A model generated the notes under the pieces. That model made no database searches, had not been told where the DNA came from, and saw only the letters and a list, made by a program, of their open reading frames with translations. Of a DNA stretch of 64,000 nt, positions 1 through 10,841 are shown in pieces. Position 1 is the stretch's first letter; each line of letters starts with the position of its first letter. The position numbers were made by a program, and so were the translations under genes. Location of the stretch: the NCBI RefSeq assembly GCF_009914755.1, contig NC_060926.1; one strand, given 5' to 3'. This DNA is from the human T2T-CHM13v2.0 reference genome, Homo sapiens.

Positions 1-309
1 GCTTAGATTGATACAGCTTCAGATGCCCTAAGCTTTCATTATAATGCACCTGCAAAAGGCCTAATCCAAACCCCTGTGAAATTCAAATCTCTGCCTTCTC
101 TATGGCTGCCCCTGAGCAGCTGGATTTTACTGATGACACACACATGCACCCACACAGACACACTCATGCACATGTACACTCATGCACACATGCAACCACA
201 GGCAGACAATTTGATGAATTCAGTTCTTGTTCTCTCTTCTCTGCCATCCTATTATTCTGACACACTGACTTCAGCACCCTTCTAAGACTTTCCTTTAACC
301 TGTGAAATT

Positions 310-3305
310 AACATGATCCAACTACATATAAATATGTTGCCTACAAGAAAAATCACCTTACCCATAAAGACACATATAGACTGAAAGTCGAGGGATGGCA
401 GAAGATATTCCATGTATACAGAAACCAAAATTGAGCAGGAGTAGCTGTTTATATATCAGATAAAACAGACTTTATATCATAAACAGTGAAAAAAAGAAAA
501 TAAAGAAGGTTATTATGTAATGATAAAGGGATTATTTAGCAAGAGGATATAACAAACCTAAATATATATGCACCCAAATGAGAGCACCCTGATTCACCAA
601 ACAAAGGTTAGTATGCCTAAATAAAGAGATAGACAGCAATACAATAATAATGGGATATTTCAACATCCCACTCACAGCACTAGACATATCAGCAAAACAG
701 AGAATTAACAAAGAAATATTGGATTTACATTGGACTTTAGAACAAATGGGCTTAATGAACATTTACAGAACATTCTACACAATAATTACAGAATATTCAT
801 GCTTTGCATCAGCACATGGAACATTCTCAAAGACAGACCACATGTTACAGCACAAAGCAATTCTTAACAGATTCAAAAAAATCAAAATCATATCACATAT
901 CTTCTCAGAACTCAGTGGAGCAATGCTAGAAATCAATACTAAGAGTAACTTTGGAAACTCTACAAATATATGGAAATTCAACATCATGGTCCTGAATGAT
1001 CAGTAGGTAAATGAAGAAATTAAAACAGAAATTACAAAAAATTTGAAGTGACTGCAAATGAAAGCACAACATACCAAAACCTGTGGGATAAATTAAAAGT
1101 AGCACTAAGAGGGAAGTTTACAGCATTAAGTACCTACATCAAAAAAAGGTAGAAGGATCACAAATTAGCAACCTAACATCATACCTCAAGGAATTAGAAA
1201 AACAAGAACAAACCAAAACCAAAGTTAGCAGAAGAAAAGAAATAACAAAGATCAGAGCAGAACTAAATGAAATAAAGACAAAAAAAAAAAACCCAAGGAA
1301 TGACCAAAACAAAAAATCAATTATTCCAAAAGATGAACAAAACTGATAAACCACTAGCTATATTAATTGAAAAAAGAAGAGAAAAATGCAAATAAACAGA
1401 ATCAGAAATAAAAAAGGAGATATTGCAAATGATAACACAGAAATAGAAAAAATTATCAGAAGCCCCGTACAGTAGCTCATGCCTGTAATCCCAGCACTTT
1501 GGGAGGCCAAGGCGGGCAAATAGCTCAAGCTCAGGAGTTCAAGACCAGCCTGCGCAACATGGCTAAACCCCATCTCTAAGAAAAATACAAAAAAAACCCC
1601 AAAATTAGCTGTGTGGTGATATGTGTAGCCCCAACTACTTGGGAGAATGAGGTGAGAGGACTGCTTGAGTGAGTGAGGGAGGTGGAGGTTACAGTGAGCC
1701 AAGATCATGCCACTGCACTCCGGCCTGGGTGACAAAGTGAGACCTTGTCTCAAAAAAAAAAAAAAAAAAAAAAAAAAAATTCAGAGATTATTCTAAATAA
1801 CTATACAGTAAAAAAACTAGAAAATTTAGAGGAAATGGATAAATTCCTGTAAACATTTCTTGATATTGAACCAGGAAGAAATATAACTCTTGAGAAGACC
1901 AATAATGAGTGATGAGATTGAATCAATAATAGAAAATTTCCTCCCTTCTCCCCAAAATAAAAGCCCAGGTCCAGGTGGATTCACAGTCAAGTTCTACCAA
2001 ACACACAATGAAGAACGAATACCAATCCTCCTAAAACTATTTTTAAAAATTGAAGAGGAGGGAATTCACTCCAACTCATTCCATGAGGTCAGAATCACCC
2101 TGACACTAAAACCAGACAAGGACACAACACGACAAAGAAAACTATAGAACAATATCTCTGATGAACATAGACACAGAAAATCCTCAATAAAATGCTAGCA
2201 AATCAAATCCAACATCACACCAAAAAGATGAGAATTCACCATGATCAGATGGGATTCATCCCATAGATGCAAGAATGTTTCAACATATGCAAATCAATAA
2301 AGTGATATATCACATAAACAGAATTAAGGATAAAAACTATATGATTGTCTCAATAGACACAGAAAAAGCTTTTGATCAAATTCATGATAAAAATTATCAA
2401 CAAACTGGCATGAAGCATTCCCTCAAAGAACTGGAACAAAGCAAGAATGCCCACTTTCACTACTCTTATTCAAAAGAGTCCTGGAAGTCCCTGCCAGAAC
2501 ACTCAGGCAAGAGAATAAAATAAGAGACAACAAAATTGGAAAAGAGGAAATGAAATTATCCCTGTTCACTTATGATAATCTTAAAGACTTCACCAAAAAC
2601 AATCTTAGTTTTGAAAAAAATGAATTCAGTAAAGTTTCAGATACAAAATCAATGTACAGAAATTGGTAGCATTTCTATACACCAATAATGGTCTAGCAGA
2701 GGACCAAATCAAAAAAGGCAATCCTATTTATAATAACTACAAAAATAAAATATTTAGGAATATATTTAACCAAGGATGCCAAATATCTTTATAAGGAGAA
2801 CTATAAAATTGTAATGAAAGTAATCATAGATGACACAAACAAATGGGAAAACATCCCATGCTCATGGATTAGAAGAATAATATTGTTAAAATGGCCATAC
2901 TGCCCAAAGCAGTCTACAGATTGAATGAAATCCCTATCAAACTACCAATGTCACTTTCCACAGAATTAAAAAATAAATTGAAAAAGTCATATGGAACCAA
3001 AAAAAGCCTGAATAGACAAAGCAATTCTAAACAAAAGAACAAAGCTGGAGGCATCAGATTACTTGACTTCAAATTATACTACAAAGCTATTGTAACTGAA
3101 ACAGCATGGTACTGGTATAAAAATAGACACATAGTTCAATGGGACACCCTAACTCATTCTACAAGGCCAGCATCACCCTGATACCAAAATCAGACAAGGT
3201 CATAACAGAAAAAGAAAGGTACAGAACAATATCCCTGATGAACACAGATGCAAAAATCATCAACAAAATATTAGGAAACCAAGAATAGAGAACCCAGAAA
3301 TAAAG
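310..3305 (+). mobile_element. Decayed L1 (L1PB/L1MA-age) ORF2 segment, endonuclease through RT region, interrupted by an Alu
   Basis: ORF fragments match L1 ORF2: 650-1006 (GTFSKTDHML), 1890-2147 (KSPGPGGFTVKFYQT, IPILLKLF), 2891-3181 ([39 protein letters not shown]). Many stops and frameshifts. Confidence 0.93.
1462..1779 (+). mobile_element. Alu (AluJ-like), full-length dimer with poly(A)
   Basis: GCTCATGCCTGTAATCCCAGCACTTTGGGAGG, A-rich linker, right arm, poly(A) 1753-1779. Imperfect TSD AAAAATTATCAGA / AAAAATTCAGA. Confidence 0.95.
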
Positions 3306-3306
3306 C

Positions 3307-3340
3307 ACTGGGAATACAGGTGTAAGCCACTGCTCTCAGC
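3307..3340 (-). mobile_element. Short Alu 5'-end remnant at the junction of two L1 pieces
   Basis: CTGGGAATACAGGTGTAAGCCACTGCTCTCAGC resembles the reverse complement of the first ~35 nt of Alu (GCTGGGATTACAGGCGTGAGCCACTGCGCCCAGC). Confidence 0.7.
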
Positions 3341-3344
3341 ATCA

Positions 3345-4085
3345 CTTTGGCATTTTCTTGAAGAATCTAAACTTGGAAACACCATGTGACTGGCAGTTGT
3401 ACTTTTGAACACTTATCCTAGAGAAATGAAAATGTATATTTAATGAAATCTTGTACATGAATTTCCATGACAGCTTTATTCATAACCACAACTGGAAACA
3501 GCCAAAATGTCCTTCAATGAATGAAGGGTTAAGCAAACTGTGGTATATTTATGTCATAGAATACTACTCAGCAATAAAGAATGAACCATTGGTACATGCA
3601 ACAACCAGACTCAATCTCTACAAAATTTTCCTGGGTGAAAAAAGCTCTCAAAGATTGAATTATGATTCAATTTAGATAATATTCTCAAAATAAAATAATT
3701 ATGGAAATAAGAAACAGATTAGTATATGCCAAGGGTTAGGAATGGGGGTATATGAATATGTTTATAAAAGGGCAACATGTGGAATTTGGGGAGGAGGGAG
3801 TAGTTCTGTACCTCGACTTTAGTGATAAATTCATGTACTACAAATGTAATGAAATTAATTTATAGAGCTAAATAAACACACAGTAATGAATACAAGCAAA
3901 ACAGAAAATCTGAATAAGATTACTGAATTACATCAATGTAACTTCCTGGTTTTGATAGTGTACTATATGTGCAGGATGTTATCATTTAGGGAAACTTGGT
4001 AAAGGGTGCATAGATCTCCTCGTATTACTTCTCACAACTGCTTGAAAACCCACAATTATCTCAAAATAAATGTTTAATCAAAAAT
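3345..4085 (+). mobile_element. Old L1M (L1MB/MC-like) 3' end
   Basis: AACTGGAAACAGCCAAAATGTCCTTCAATGAATGAA, GAATACTACTCAGCAATAAAG; ends CAATTATCTCAAAATAAATGTT. Confidence 0.8.
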
Positions 4086-4089
4086 TATA

Positions 4090-7000
4090 TTAGATAACAT
4101 TAATCATTTAAATAGGAAAAAACCAGTGATATTTCATCCAAACATGGATCAAAAGAAAGCTTGCATAGCTATATTAATGCTAGAGAAGTATAGAATTCAG
4201 AGGAAGGCATTTCAAAGAAAAGGAAAGATGTTGCATAGCAATAAATTAGTCAATTCTCCAAGAGACCATAATAACACTAAATGTATCTGTAACAAGAGAG
4301 CTTCAAAATTCATTAAGCAAAGTTATGGAGAAAATATGTATATATGAATACTAGGTTTATAACAGACCTGTAAAACACTTTTGAACAATCCAACTTAATT
4401 GACATTTATAAAATACTCTATCCAAAATACCCCTATATACATTCTTTTGAAATACACATGGGCACTCAACAAGATAGAAGATATTCTAGGCCGTAAAGTA
4501 AACCTAAAAGCATTTTAAAAATTAAAATTTTACAAAATATACTTTTACAACACAACAAAGTTGAGCTACAAATCAATAACAGAAAAATACAGAATCCACA
4601 AAATGAAATTAAATAATAAAATTCTAAATCATCCACGGGTCAAAAAAAATCACGTAAGAAATTTTAAAAATTTGATTTTAATGAAAATAAAAATGCAATA
4701 TATTGAAATTAGAATGTCAATGCTGAAACAAAAGCACTGTTTAAAGGGAAATTTATAGCATCATATACTTACAATGGAAAAGCATGACTTTGTATTAATA
4801 ATCTAAACTTGTACCTTAAGAAACTAAAAATGTTAGAGCAAATTAAACACTAAAGCAGTAAGAGGAACAGCATAATAAGAGCAGCCATTAATGAAATTTT
4901 ACATAAAGAAAATCAATGAACCAAAATGTTCAGGTGTTTCAAAATTATAAATAAAATTGGTAAGTTTCTAACCAAACTTCTAAGAGAAAAAAAAAGATGC
5001 AACTTACAACTATTTGGAATTTAAAGAGGGGACATGACCTGCAGATCCTAATAAATATTAAAATAAACAGATATAATTGCTTATTATTTCAATTTAAATA
5101 AAATGGAAAAATTCCTTGAAAAATAAAAGCTACCAAACCTCACTCAAGAAAAAATAGAAAATTGAATAGTCTAATATCTATCAAAGGAATTGCATATTAC
5201 TTAAAACCTCCCCTTGAAACCCAAAAATAAAAAATTCTCCAACACAGAAAAATCCAAGTGGAGATACCTCCCCTAGCAATTTCTACCAAAGACTTAAAGA
5301 AGAAATATAAATTATACACAAATGTGTATATAAAAGTAGAAGAGGAACACTTCTCAACACAACTTATTATACAACATAACCTTCATATCCAAGTAAGAAA
5401 AGACATTAAGAAAAAAATAACTAAAGATCAATAGTACTCAAGCCCACAGGCACAAAAATATTTCAACAAAACATTAGCAATTCAAATCCAACCTTATAGA
5501 GAGAATATTGGGCAGGCTCACTTTAGGAATGCAAGGCTGGGACAACAGCAGAAAAACCAATCAGTATAATTGATCATATGAAAGACTAAATAAGGCAAAA
5601 TACAGATTCATCTCAATAGATGTAGAAAAACATGTTGGCAAAACTCAATATCAATTCATGGTAAAAGCCTCAACACACTAGGTATAAAAGGACACATCCT
5701 TAACCTGATAAATGGCATCTTTAAGAAGCTACAGCTAATATTACAATTAGTGGTGATGTATTGAATGATTTTTCTTTCTGTTCTTAACTCTTTCATTTAA
5801 TATCACAGCAGAGGTCTTACACAGGGCAAAAAGTAAAGGAAAATAAGCATATGTCTTAGAGATAAAATCATAAAATAACCTCTATTTGTATATTACATGA
5901 TTGTCTATGTAGCAAATGTCAAAAATGTGCAAAATAGTTCCTGGTACTAATTAGTAACTTTGGCAATGTCAAATGATACAAGGGTAATATACAAAAGGCA
6001 TTTGTATTTCTAAATATTGAATCCTACTAAACTTTAACTACAATACAGTAGTGAAGACCGTATGGCAATGGAGAAAGGATAGACATGTAGATAAATGGGA
6101 CAGAATGTAGCCACATAGTTAACTGGGTTTTGAGAAATATGCAAAGGTAATTCAATGGAATAAAAACAGTCTTTTCAACAAATGTTGCCAGAATAATTTC
6201 ATATCCATGTGAAATTGAATGAATCTCAATATACACCTCGCAACCTATAAAAATTAATTAAATGGGTAATAGGCCTACATGTAAATTATAGAGAACTCTG
6301 AAAGAAATAACAGGAGAAAAATATTTGTGACTTTGAGTAAGGTATGAATATTTTAGATACAACATGAAAATCAAGATCTATAAAAAGAAAGACTGATTAT
6401 TTCAATGTGACCAAAATTAAGAATATCTGCTCTTCACAGGACACTGTAAAGAGAATGAAATGGCAAGCCCCTCACTGTAAGAAAATATTCACAAATATCA
6501 TAACTGATGAAGCACTGATATATATATATATATATGTATCAAGTCTCAAAAATAGTAACATAACCCAGTTTATAAACAGACAAAAGCTTTGAACAGACAT
6601 TTCACCAACAAAGATAGATAGATGGAAATTAGCAAATAAAAATATGCTCAATATATTTAGTTATTAAGGAACTGCAAATTAAACCACAATGACACAGCAC
6701 TATATACCTATTAGAATACTATATACTATACCTATATAGAATACTATATACCTATTAGAATACATAAGAAGTACAACTACAAAAAAATGAATAAACAAAA
6801 CCTAACAGTAAGGAGTTAGCAAGGATGAAGACCAACAGAAACTGTCACACAATGTTGGTGGGAATTCGAAATGGTGTACCCACTTTGGAAAACAGTTTAC
6901 AATTTCTTCTAAAGTTGAATAGACGCTTACCATACAACCCAGCAATTTCACTCTTCGATAGCTACACAAGTGATGAAAACGTACATTTACACAAAAACCT

Positions 7001-7820
7001 GTATAGAGTGTTTATATAGGCTTTATTCATATCCATAAAAACTAGAAACAACCTAAATTCCCTCAAGTAGGAAGTGGATAAACAAAGTGCAATACACCTA
7101 CGCATTTGAAATATGTATGGTTTGGCTGTGTCCCCAGCCAAATCTCACCTTGAATTGTAATAATCCCCATGTGTCAAGGGCAGAACCAGGTGGAGATAAT
7201 TGAATCATGGGGGTGGTTTTCCCCAGACTGTTCTCTTGGTAGTGAGTAAGTCTCACGAGATCCTAAGGATTCTATAAATGGGAGTTCGCCTGCACAAGCT
7301 CTCTTACCTGCCACTATGTAAGACGTGACTTTGCTCCTCATTTGCCTTCCACCATGATTGTGAGGCCTCTTCAGCCATGTGGAACTGTGAGTCAATTAAA
7401 TTTCTTTCCTTTGTAAATTACCCAGTCTCAAGTATGTCTTTATTAGCAGCATGGGAACAGACTAATACAAAATACTGTTCAATAATGAAAAGAAACAAAC
7501 TATTAATACACACAACATGGGTGAATCTCAAACGCATTATGCTAATTGTAAAAAGCCAGATCTGAAAGGTTACTTGTGTATCATTCCATTTATAGGACAT
7601 TCTCGTAAAAGCAAAACCACAGAGACAGAAGACACATCAATGGTCAGGGGAATGGAGGCAAGTTGATAACAGAAGGAGTCAGGGTTAATTTTGGGGGGTG
7701 ATGAAGTTATTTTTTATCTTGATTGTATAAAACTGTATGTGCTTGTCAAAATTCACAGAACTGTAAAAGGATGAATTTTACTGTATGTAAATTATATCAT
7801 AATTTCAAAAATAAAAAAGA
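4090..7820 (+). mobile_element. Highly decayed L1M ORF2 plus 3' UTR, split by a THE1 LTR
   Basis: A-rich ORF2-like sequence throughout, e.g. TTGAACAGACATTTCACCAAC, CACTTTGGAAAACAGTT; 3' end TTTTACTGTATGTAAATTATA...AATAAA. Confidence 0.85.
7114..7469 (+). mobile_element. THE1 (MaLR; THE1B/C-like) solo LTR
   Basis: TG-TATGGTTTGGCTGTGTCCCC...GACTAATACA termini; 5-bp TSD AAATA at 7109-7113 and 7470-7474. Confidence 0.93.
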
Positions 7821-7897
7821 AGCATGAGTGATTGAATAAGCTAAAATGATAAAATCCAAAATAAAAATGTTTCTAGTTAAAATCAGTTGACAGAAAT

Positions 7898-10841
7898 AAG
7901 AAAGAGAGAGAGAGGGAGAGAAAGAAAGAAAGGGAGGAAGGGAGGGAGGGAGGAAGAAAAAAGGAAGGAAGGAAGGAAGGAGGGAGGGAAGGAAAGAGAA
8001 AGGAAGGGAGGAAGGAGGGAGGGAAGGAAGGAGAAAGGAGGGGAGGAAGGAGGGAGGGAAGGAAAGAGAAAGGAAGGGAGGAAGGAGGGAGGGAAGGAAA
8101 GAGAAAGGAAGGGAGGAAGGAGGGAGGGAAGGAAAGAGAAAGGAAGGGAGGAAGGAGGGAGGGAAGGAAGGAGAAAGGAAGGGAGGAAGGAGGGAGGGAA
8201 GGAAGGAGAAAGGAAGGGAGGAAGGAGGGAGGGAAGGAAAGAGAAAGGAAGGGAGGAAGGAGGGAGGGAAGGAAAGAGAAAGGAAGGGAGGAAGGAGGGA
8301 GGGAAGGAAAGAGAAAGGAAGGGAGGAAGGAGGGAGGGAAGGAAGGAGAAAGGAAGGGAGGAAGGAGGGAGGGAAGGAAGGAGGGAGGGAAGGAAAGAGA
8401 AAGGAAGGGAGGAAGGAGGGAGGGAAGGAAAGAGAAAGGAAGGGAGGAAGGAGGGAGGGAAGGAAAGAGAAAGGAAGGGAGGAAGGAGGGAGGGAAGGAA
8501 GGAGAAAGGAAGGGAGGAAGGAGGGAGGGAAGGAAGGAGAAAGGAAGGGAGGAAGGAGGGAGGGAAGGAAGGAGAAAGGAAGGGAGGAAGGAGGGAGGGA
8601 AGGAAGGAGAAAGGAAGGGAGGAAGGAGGGAGGGAAGGAAGGAGAAAGGAAGGGAGGAAGGAGGGAGGGAAGGAAGAGAAAGGAAGGGAGGAAGGAGGGA
8701 GGGAAGGAAGGAGAAAGGAAGGGAGGAAGGAGGGAGGGAAGGAAGGAGAAAGGAAGGAGAAAGGAAGGGAGGAAGGAGGGAGGGAAGGAAGGAGAAAGGA
8801 AGGGAGGAAGGAGGGAGGGAAGGAAAGAGAAAGGAAGGGAGGAAGGAGGGAGGGAAGGAAGGAGAAAGGAAGGGAGGAAGGAGGGAGGGAAGGAAGGAGA
8901 AAGGAAGGAGAAAGGAAGGGAGGAAGGAGGGAGGGAAGGAAGGAGAAAGGAAGGGAGGAAGGAGGGAGGGAAGGAAAGAGAAAGGAAGGGAGGAAGGAGG
9001 GAGGGAAGGAAAGAGAAAGGAAGGGAGGAAGGAGGGAGGGAAGGAAGAGAAAGGAAGGGAGGAAGGAGGGAGGGAAGGAAGGAGAAAGGAAGGGAGGAAG
9101 GAGGGAGGGAAGGAAGGAGAAAGGAAGGGAGGAAGGAGGGAGGGAAGGAAGGAGAAAGGAAGGGAGGAAGGAGGGAGGGAAGGAAGGAGAAAGGAAGGGA
9201 GGAAGGAGGGAGGGAAGGAAGGAGAAAGGAAGGGAGGAAGGAGGGAGGGAAGGAAAGAGAAAGGAAGGGAGGAAGGAGGGAGGGAAGGAAGGAGAAAGGA
9301 AGGGAGGAAGGAGGGAGGGAAGGAAGGAGAAAGGAAGGAGAAAGGAAGGGAGGAAGGAGGGAGGGAAGGAAGGAGAAAGGAAGGGAGGAAGGAGGGAGGG
9401 AAGGAAAGAGAAAGGAAGGGAGGAAGGAGGGAGGGAAGGAAGGAGAAAGGAAGGGAGGAAGGAGGGAGGGAAGGAAGGAGAAGGAAGGAGAAAGGAAGGG
9501 AGGAAGGAGGGAGGGAAGGAAGGAGAAAGGAAGGGAGGAAGGAGGGAGGGAAGGAAAGAGAAAGGAAGGGAGGAAGGAGGGAGGGAAGGAAAGAGAAAGG
9601 AAGGGAGGAAGGAGAGAGGGAAGGAAGGAGAAAGGAAGGGAGGAAGGAGGGAGGGAAGGAAAGAGAAAGGAAGGGAGGAAGGAGGGAGGGAAGGAAAGAG
9701 AAAGGAAGGGAGGAAGGAGGGAGGGAAGGAAGGAGAAAGGAAGGGAGGAAGGAGGGAGGGAAGGAAAGAGAAAGGAAGGGAGGAAGGAGGGAGGGAAGGA
9801 AGGAGAAAGGAAGGGAGGAAGGAGGGAGGGAAGGAGGGAGAAAGGAAGGGAGGAAGGAGGGAGGGAAGGAAGGAGAAAGGAAGGGAGGAAGGAGGGAGGG
9901 AAGGAAAGAGAAAGGAAGGGAGGAAGGAGGGAGGGAAGGAAAGAGAAAGGAAGGGAGGAAGGAGGGAGGGAAGGAAGGAGGAAGGAAGGGAGGAAGGAGG
10001 GAGGGAAGGAAGGAGAAAGGAAGGGAGGAAGGAGGGAGGGAAGGAAGGAGAAAGGAAGGGAGGAAGGAGGGAGGGAAGGAAGGAGAAAGGAAGGAGAAAG
10101 GAAGGGAGGAAGGAGGGAGGGAAGGAAGGAGAAAGGAAGGGAGGAAGGAGGGAGGGAAGGAAAGAGAAAGGAAGGGAGGAAGGAGGGAGGGAAGGAAAGA
10201 GAAAGGAAGGGAGGAAGGAGAGAGGGAAGGAAGGAGAAAGGAAGGGAGGAAGGAGGGAGGGAAGGAGGAGAAAGGAAGGGAGGAAGGAGGGAGGGAAGGA
10301 AAGAGAAGGAAGGGAGGAAGGAGGGAGGGAAGGAAGGAGAAAGGAAGGAGGAAGGAGGGAGGGAAGGAAAGAGAAAGGAAGGGAGGAAGGAGGGAGGGAA
10401 GGAAAGAGAAAGGAAGGGAGGAAGGAGGGAGGGAAGGAAAGAGAAAGGAAGGGAGGAAGGAGGGAGGGAAGGAAAGAGAAAGGAAGGGAGGAAGGAGGGA
10501 GGGAAGGAAAGAGAAAGGAAGGGAGGAAGGAGGGAGGGAAGGAAAGAGAAAGGAAGGGAGGAAGGAGGGAGGGAAGGAAAGAGAAAGGAAGGGAGGAAGG
10601 AGGGAGGGAAGGAAAGAGAAAGGAAGGGAGGAAGGAGGGAGGGAAGGAAAGAGAAAGGAAGGGAGGAAGGAGAGAGGGAAGGAAGGAGAAAGGAAGGAAG
10701 GAAGGAAGGGAGGGAGGATGGGAGGGAAGGAGGGAAGGAAAGAGAAAAGAAGGAAGGAAGGAAGGAAAGAAAAGGAAAGGAAAGAAAAGAGAAAAAGAAA
10801 AGAAAAGAAGGAAGAAAAGAAAAGAAAAGAAAAGAAAAAAA
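7898..10841. repeat. 2.94-kb polypurine/polypyrimidine tract; core is a 35-bp minisatellite of roughly 78 units
   Basis: Only A/G on + strand except one T at 10719. Unit GAGAAAGGAAGGGAGGAAGGAGGGAGGGAAGGAA(A/G), flanked by GA, GGAA and GAAAA microsatellite edges. Confidence 0.98.

Noticed and set aside
1358-1753. ORFs such as MRQGLTLSPRPECSG... (also 14659, 16441, 17131, 30947, 45978, 48385, 48584)
   Set aside because: Standard antisense-Alu translations.
7966-10700. CRISPR-like array (35-bp periodicity)
   Set aside because: Head-to-tail repeats with no unique spacers, no cas genes, and a primate context.
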